A stretch of DNA of 64,000 nucleotides from Ostreococcus lucimarinus (Eukaryota): NCBI GenBank assembly GCA_000092065.1, contig CP000592.1. One strand, given 5' to 3'. A program made the translations under genes and the position numbers. The notes below the pieces were generated by a model. That model was given only the letters and a program-made list of their open reading frames with translations, made no database searches and was not told the DNA's origin. This document shows positions 60,587 to 64,000 of the stretch, piece after piece (position 1 is the first letter of the stretch; each line of letters begins with the position of its first letter).

Positions 60587-61591
60587 CTACGCCGCGGTCG
60601 ACGACGAGGAATAATTAATCGCGCTGTCGCCGACGGCGTAATCGCCGCGAAGATCAGTCGGGGCGATCGAACCGTCGCGAGGGGGCACGGTCAGGTCGAC
60701 GCATCGAACCTGCCCGAGCTCGAACGGGTAGTCGAGGTGGTGGCGGGAGAGGTCGGTGCCGTTCAACGCGGCGGCGAAGACGCTGAGGGTGTCCTGATGG
60801 GAGACGATGATGATGTCTTCGCCGTAATACGTGGCTTCGAGACGCGTGAACGCCTCGAGGGCGCGTCGATAAATGTCTAAGCACGACTCCACGCTCGCCG
60901 ACGGTTGCAACGAACTCGGCACCGGAGGCGGCGTCGAGGAGGGGTCGTCGAAATCGTTCTTCCAAACGTCAACCCACGCCTCTTGCGAGCCGAAATCCAA
61001 CGCACCCATCTTTCTCGGATCTAATAACCCGCTAAACTCGGTGCGCATCTGCGAAAACAACAGCCCGATCTCTTCCCTGAGCACCAACGCGCTTTGAAAC
61101 GACCGCTGAAAATTCGACGTGTACAACCACGCCGGCGCGCCGTCGAAATCCCTTAAAATAGTCTTCGCCGCCTCTTGCATCTGCGCTCGGCCTCTCGCCG
61201 TCAGCCCGAACGTGGTGTCGTACTTGAAGCTCGGGTTACTCAAAATCATCCCCCCGTTCCGCACGTCCAGCACCGATTCTCCGTGCCTCACGAAGAAGTA
61301 TCTGTTGTGGAGCCGACTCGGTAAATCTATGAACGCCCGCGCCGGCGCCGCGCCGATCTCGCCCGCCCCGACCGCGCCCACGAGCGCGATCCCTCTCCCC
61401 AGCGCTCCTCGCCTGCTCACGCCGTCCTCGCGCGTCGTCGCGCCGCTTCGCGCCCCCTCGCCGTCTCGCGATGTCCCGCGCGCGCGCGCGCGTCGACGTC
61501 CATCCGCGCGTCCTCGCGACGTCTTTCGCGCGCGTCGCGGCGTCGACGGACGCGCGATCGTCGGAGACGAGTTCGCACGCGCGCACGGCAT
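60587..61591 (-). CDS. Histidine phosphatase (phosphoglycerate mutase family) with presequence and a twin-arginine-like signal
   Basis: The RHG motif is YFFVRHGESVLD and a later IIVSHQDTL supplies the second His. The N-terminus reads ...VSRRGALGRGIALVGAVGAGEIGAAPARAF. ATG 61591 is used (ORF open to 61765). Confidence 0.72.
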   Translation of the reverse strand: MPCARANSSPTIARPSTPRRARKTSRGRADGRRRARARGTSRDGEGARSGATTREDGVSRRGALGRGIALVGAVGAGEIGAAPARAFIDLPSRLHNRYFFVRHGESVLDVRNGGMILSNPSFKYDTTFGLTARGRAQMQEAAKTILRDFDGAPAWLYTSNFQRSFQSALVLREEIGLLFSQMRTEFSGLLDPRKMGALDFGSQEAWVDVWKNDFDDPSSTPPPVPSSLQPSASVESCLDIYRRALEAFTRLEATYYGEDIIIVSHQDTLSVFAAALNGTDLSRHHLDYPFELGQVRCVDLTVPPRDGSIAPTDLRGDYAVGDSAINYSSSSTAA

Positions 61592-61772
61592 CGCGCGCGT
61601 CGACGCGTGACGCCCGTCGTCGCCGTTCGCGCGCGCATCGTGCGCCGACACGCGCCAGCCATCGCAACCGTCACGAGGTCCGAGTTTAGCGCTACATGCC
61701 GAGTCTCGCACCGTCGTATGGGTAAACAGTCGGAACCGTCGGACGGCGGCGCGTCGACGGCACACGGCGACG

Positions 61773-63246
61773 ATGCGCGCGCGACGACGACGCGACGGCG
61801 ACGACGGCGACGACGAGGACGCGCGCGATGATGACGTCGATCGCGACGACGACGACGACGCGTCGACCGACGACGACGACGACGGCGAACGCGGGATGGA
61901 TTCGGACGACGAACTCGAGCGCGAGATGGCGGCGCTGGAATCGGTGAAACGCGAGCGCGCGGGCGCGCGGGACGGCGCGACGGCGAGGAAGAGTTACGCG
62001 AACAATGAAAAGGGGTTGGAGGCGAGCCTGGAAGGTGCGACGCGACGCGACGCGCGGCGGATGAGGGAAGGATGGGATGGGACGGGAACGGGACGGAGGC
62101 GCGCGCGGGGTTGTCGAGACCGAACGCGAAGACTGACGACGACGGTGATGGAACCGCGCGGTGCGGCGTAGATTTTAAATGGACGCATAAGGCGAAATGG
62201 ATCGATCACATGACGATCACGGGGACGAATGCGGAGCGCGTGGTGGATGTGAACGACGACTTGACGAGGGAAACGTTTTTTTACGAGCGAGCGTTGGAGA
62301 GCGCGAACGAGTGCGTGCGACGGTTGAAAGATCTCGGAGTTCCCGTGCGAAGACCGGATGATTACTACGCTGAAATGGTGAAGAGCGATGAGCACATGAA
62401 GCGCGTGCGAAGTGAGTTATTGTTCGAGCAACAACAGTTGGAGATTCGCGAGGAGCGCAGGAAAGCGCGCGAATCGAAAAAGTACGGTAAACAAGTGCAA
62501 GCCGAGAAGATCAAGCAACGAACGCTCGACAAGAAATCGCAAATTAAAAGTTTGGATAAGTGGAGGAAGCAGCGCCAGAAGAGTGGGTTCGCGGACGACG
62601 GCAAGGCGCCGTTCGAGGGCGCGGGTGGCGACGCCAAGCGCAAGCGCGAGGATCGGGATTCCAAATACGGCTTCGGTGGACGTAAAAAGGTACGTGCGAT
62701 GCTCTCGTCGAAACGCGCGCGAAGATGTTAGTATTTCCGTCAATTTTTCGTTTTTTTCTCATTTCGGTGGACCCTGGGGTGCTGCCCGCATCCCAGGATG
62801 TCAACGCGACGAGGCGTCGAAACTCCACGACGTATATCTCTACGTAAACACCGTATATAGACTCTTCGGTCGTAGGCTCTTCTCACGAAGACGCCTCCCG
62901 AAAGAGCAGGACCATATTCCATTGCCTAGGCGGGCGCGACGTCGTCGCAATTACGTCACGGGACAGACCATGGGCCTGTTATCACAGAGCCTCGCTCGCT
63001 CGCGTTCGCGTCCTCGGCGGAGAACTTTCTTCGCTCAAACATTCGACTGACGGCCGCGCTCATCATTTTTCATCATCGTAGACGGCGAAACGAAACGATA
63101 AATTCAGCGCGAACGACATGTCCGACTACAAGCCTTCTTCGTTCGATAAGGACATCAGAAGCGGCAAGACGGGCGGTTTATACGTCAAAGGTCGCGGCGG
63201 CGGTCGCGGCGGCGGTCGCGGCGGCGGTCGCGGCGGTCGTCGATGA
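61773..63246 (+). CDS. EBP2: rRNA-processing protein EBP2 (three exons: 61773-62034, 62172-62689 and 63082-63246)
   Basis: The Ebp2 core is DDLTRETFFYERALESANECVRRLKDLGVPVRRPDDYYAEMVKSDEHMKRVR..L. It is followed by KYGKQVQAEK and FGGRKK. Introns 62035-62171 (GTGCGA...CTGAC...TAG) and 62690-63081 (GTACGT...CTGAC...TAG) join in frame (945 nt total). Exon 3 ends in RGG repeats. Confidence 0.85.
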
Positions 63247-63295
63247 CGAATCGTCCGTGTTAATATCCAAAACTAGACTAGAGAACCTACCACCC

Positions 63296-63813
63296 CTACG
63301 CGAGAAATCGATCGTCGTCTTCGTCGTCGCCGAATCGACACTCGTCCCTGCGTCCCAAGATCGAGTACCGATTATCCGCCACGCGATCGTACACCCAATC
63401 CCCCACCACCCGAGGCACCGCCCACATCGCCACTCGCGCCGCCCCCCCGAACGGCGCCCCCAACAAATCTCTCCCTATGCGCAGTATCGCCTCCGACTTC
63501 GCGTACGCCGTCCCGCTCGCCTCCACGTACACGATGCTGCTGATGTCGTCCGCGTCCCGTCCCGCCTCCACCAACAGCGCGCGCCCGACGGACGATTGCA
63601 GCGCGGCGAACCGCACCGACCCCCTCGCGCGGTCTCGATCGTGCCGCAGCGCGAAGTTCACCGCCCCGTTGCACAGATTGCACACGCCGTCGTACAGCAC
63701 GATTCCGCGGTCGTCGCTCGCGAACAGCGCGCGCGACCGCGGTTCGCTCGCGGCTCGCGTCGCGCACGCGCGTCGTCGCGCGCGCGTCGTCGCGGGCGCT
63801 CGACGCGTCGCCG

Positions 63814-63846
<33 letters not shown>

Positions 63847-63850
63847 GCAT
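63296..63850 (-). CDS. DCC-family thiol-disulfide oxidoreductase (DUF393) with presequence
   Basis: The signature VLYDGVCNLCNGAVNFALRHD (DxxCxxC) is present. The first ATG is at 63850 (the track start 63862 is GTG). Confidence 0.78.
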
Positions 63851-64000
63851 CGCGTCACACACTGGCGCGCCGCATGCGCGCCGCGCGGGTCGGGACGCGC
63901 GACGCGCGCGGGACGACGACGACGACGCGCGTCGGTGGCGTCGGTGGCGTCGTCGCGCGTCGCGCGCGTCGCGTCGCGGTCGCGATGCGCGCGGCGCGCG

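Overview
This 64-kb window is very gene-dense, GC- and CpG-rich eukaryotic nuclear DNA. It carries spliceosomal introns and shows no prokaryotic operon or defence-island structure. The gene content includes a Rieske-less chlorophyllide a oxygenase, an FTO homologue, presequence-bearing RF1, RimP and threonine dehydratase, and a flagellar CFAP-type WD protein. Together with a strict intron grammar (GTGCG donor, CTGAC branch), this points to a Mamiellophyceae (Micromonas-like) green alga; that assignment is inference only. I call 46 protein-coding genes, about one per 1.4 kb. Sixteen head-to-head pairs are separated by spacers of roughly 0-700 bp, and tail-to-tail spacers are often only 30-70 bp. 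At least 8 genes are spliced; their exon structures were worked out by hand. I also call one candidate box C/D snoRNA and several short tandem arrays, most of them upstream of start codons. I saw no rRNA, tRNA, transposon, CRISPR array or viral insertion. The most interesting items are: (1) a single ORF fusing ERO1, a soluble FAD fumarate reductase and cytochrome b5; (2) a Ser/Thr kinase fused to a cyclic-nucleotide-binding domain and a response-regulator receiver; (3) an ankyrin, 3'-5' exonuclease and RING fusion; (4) the mononuclear-iron-only half of a split CAO, with an FTO homologue two genes away; (5) recurring CGAAC/CGAAT-core tandem arrays just upstream of start codons; (6) candidate 40-46 nt micro-introns. 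Many long ORFs in the supplied track are GC-driven artefacts, either antisense or alternative-frame ORFs or 5' over-extensions. All homology statements rest on motif and collinearity recognition by eye, not on database searches.
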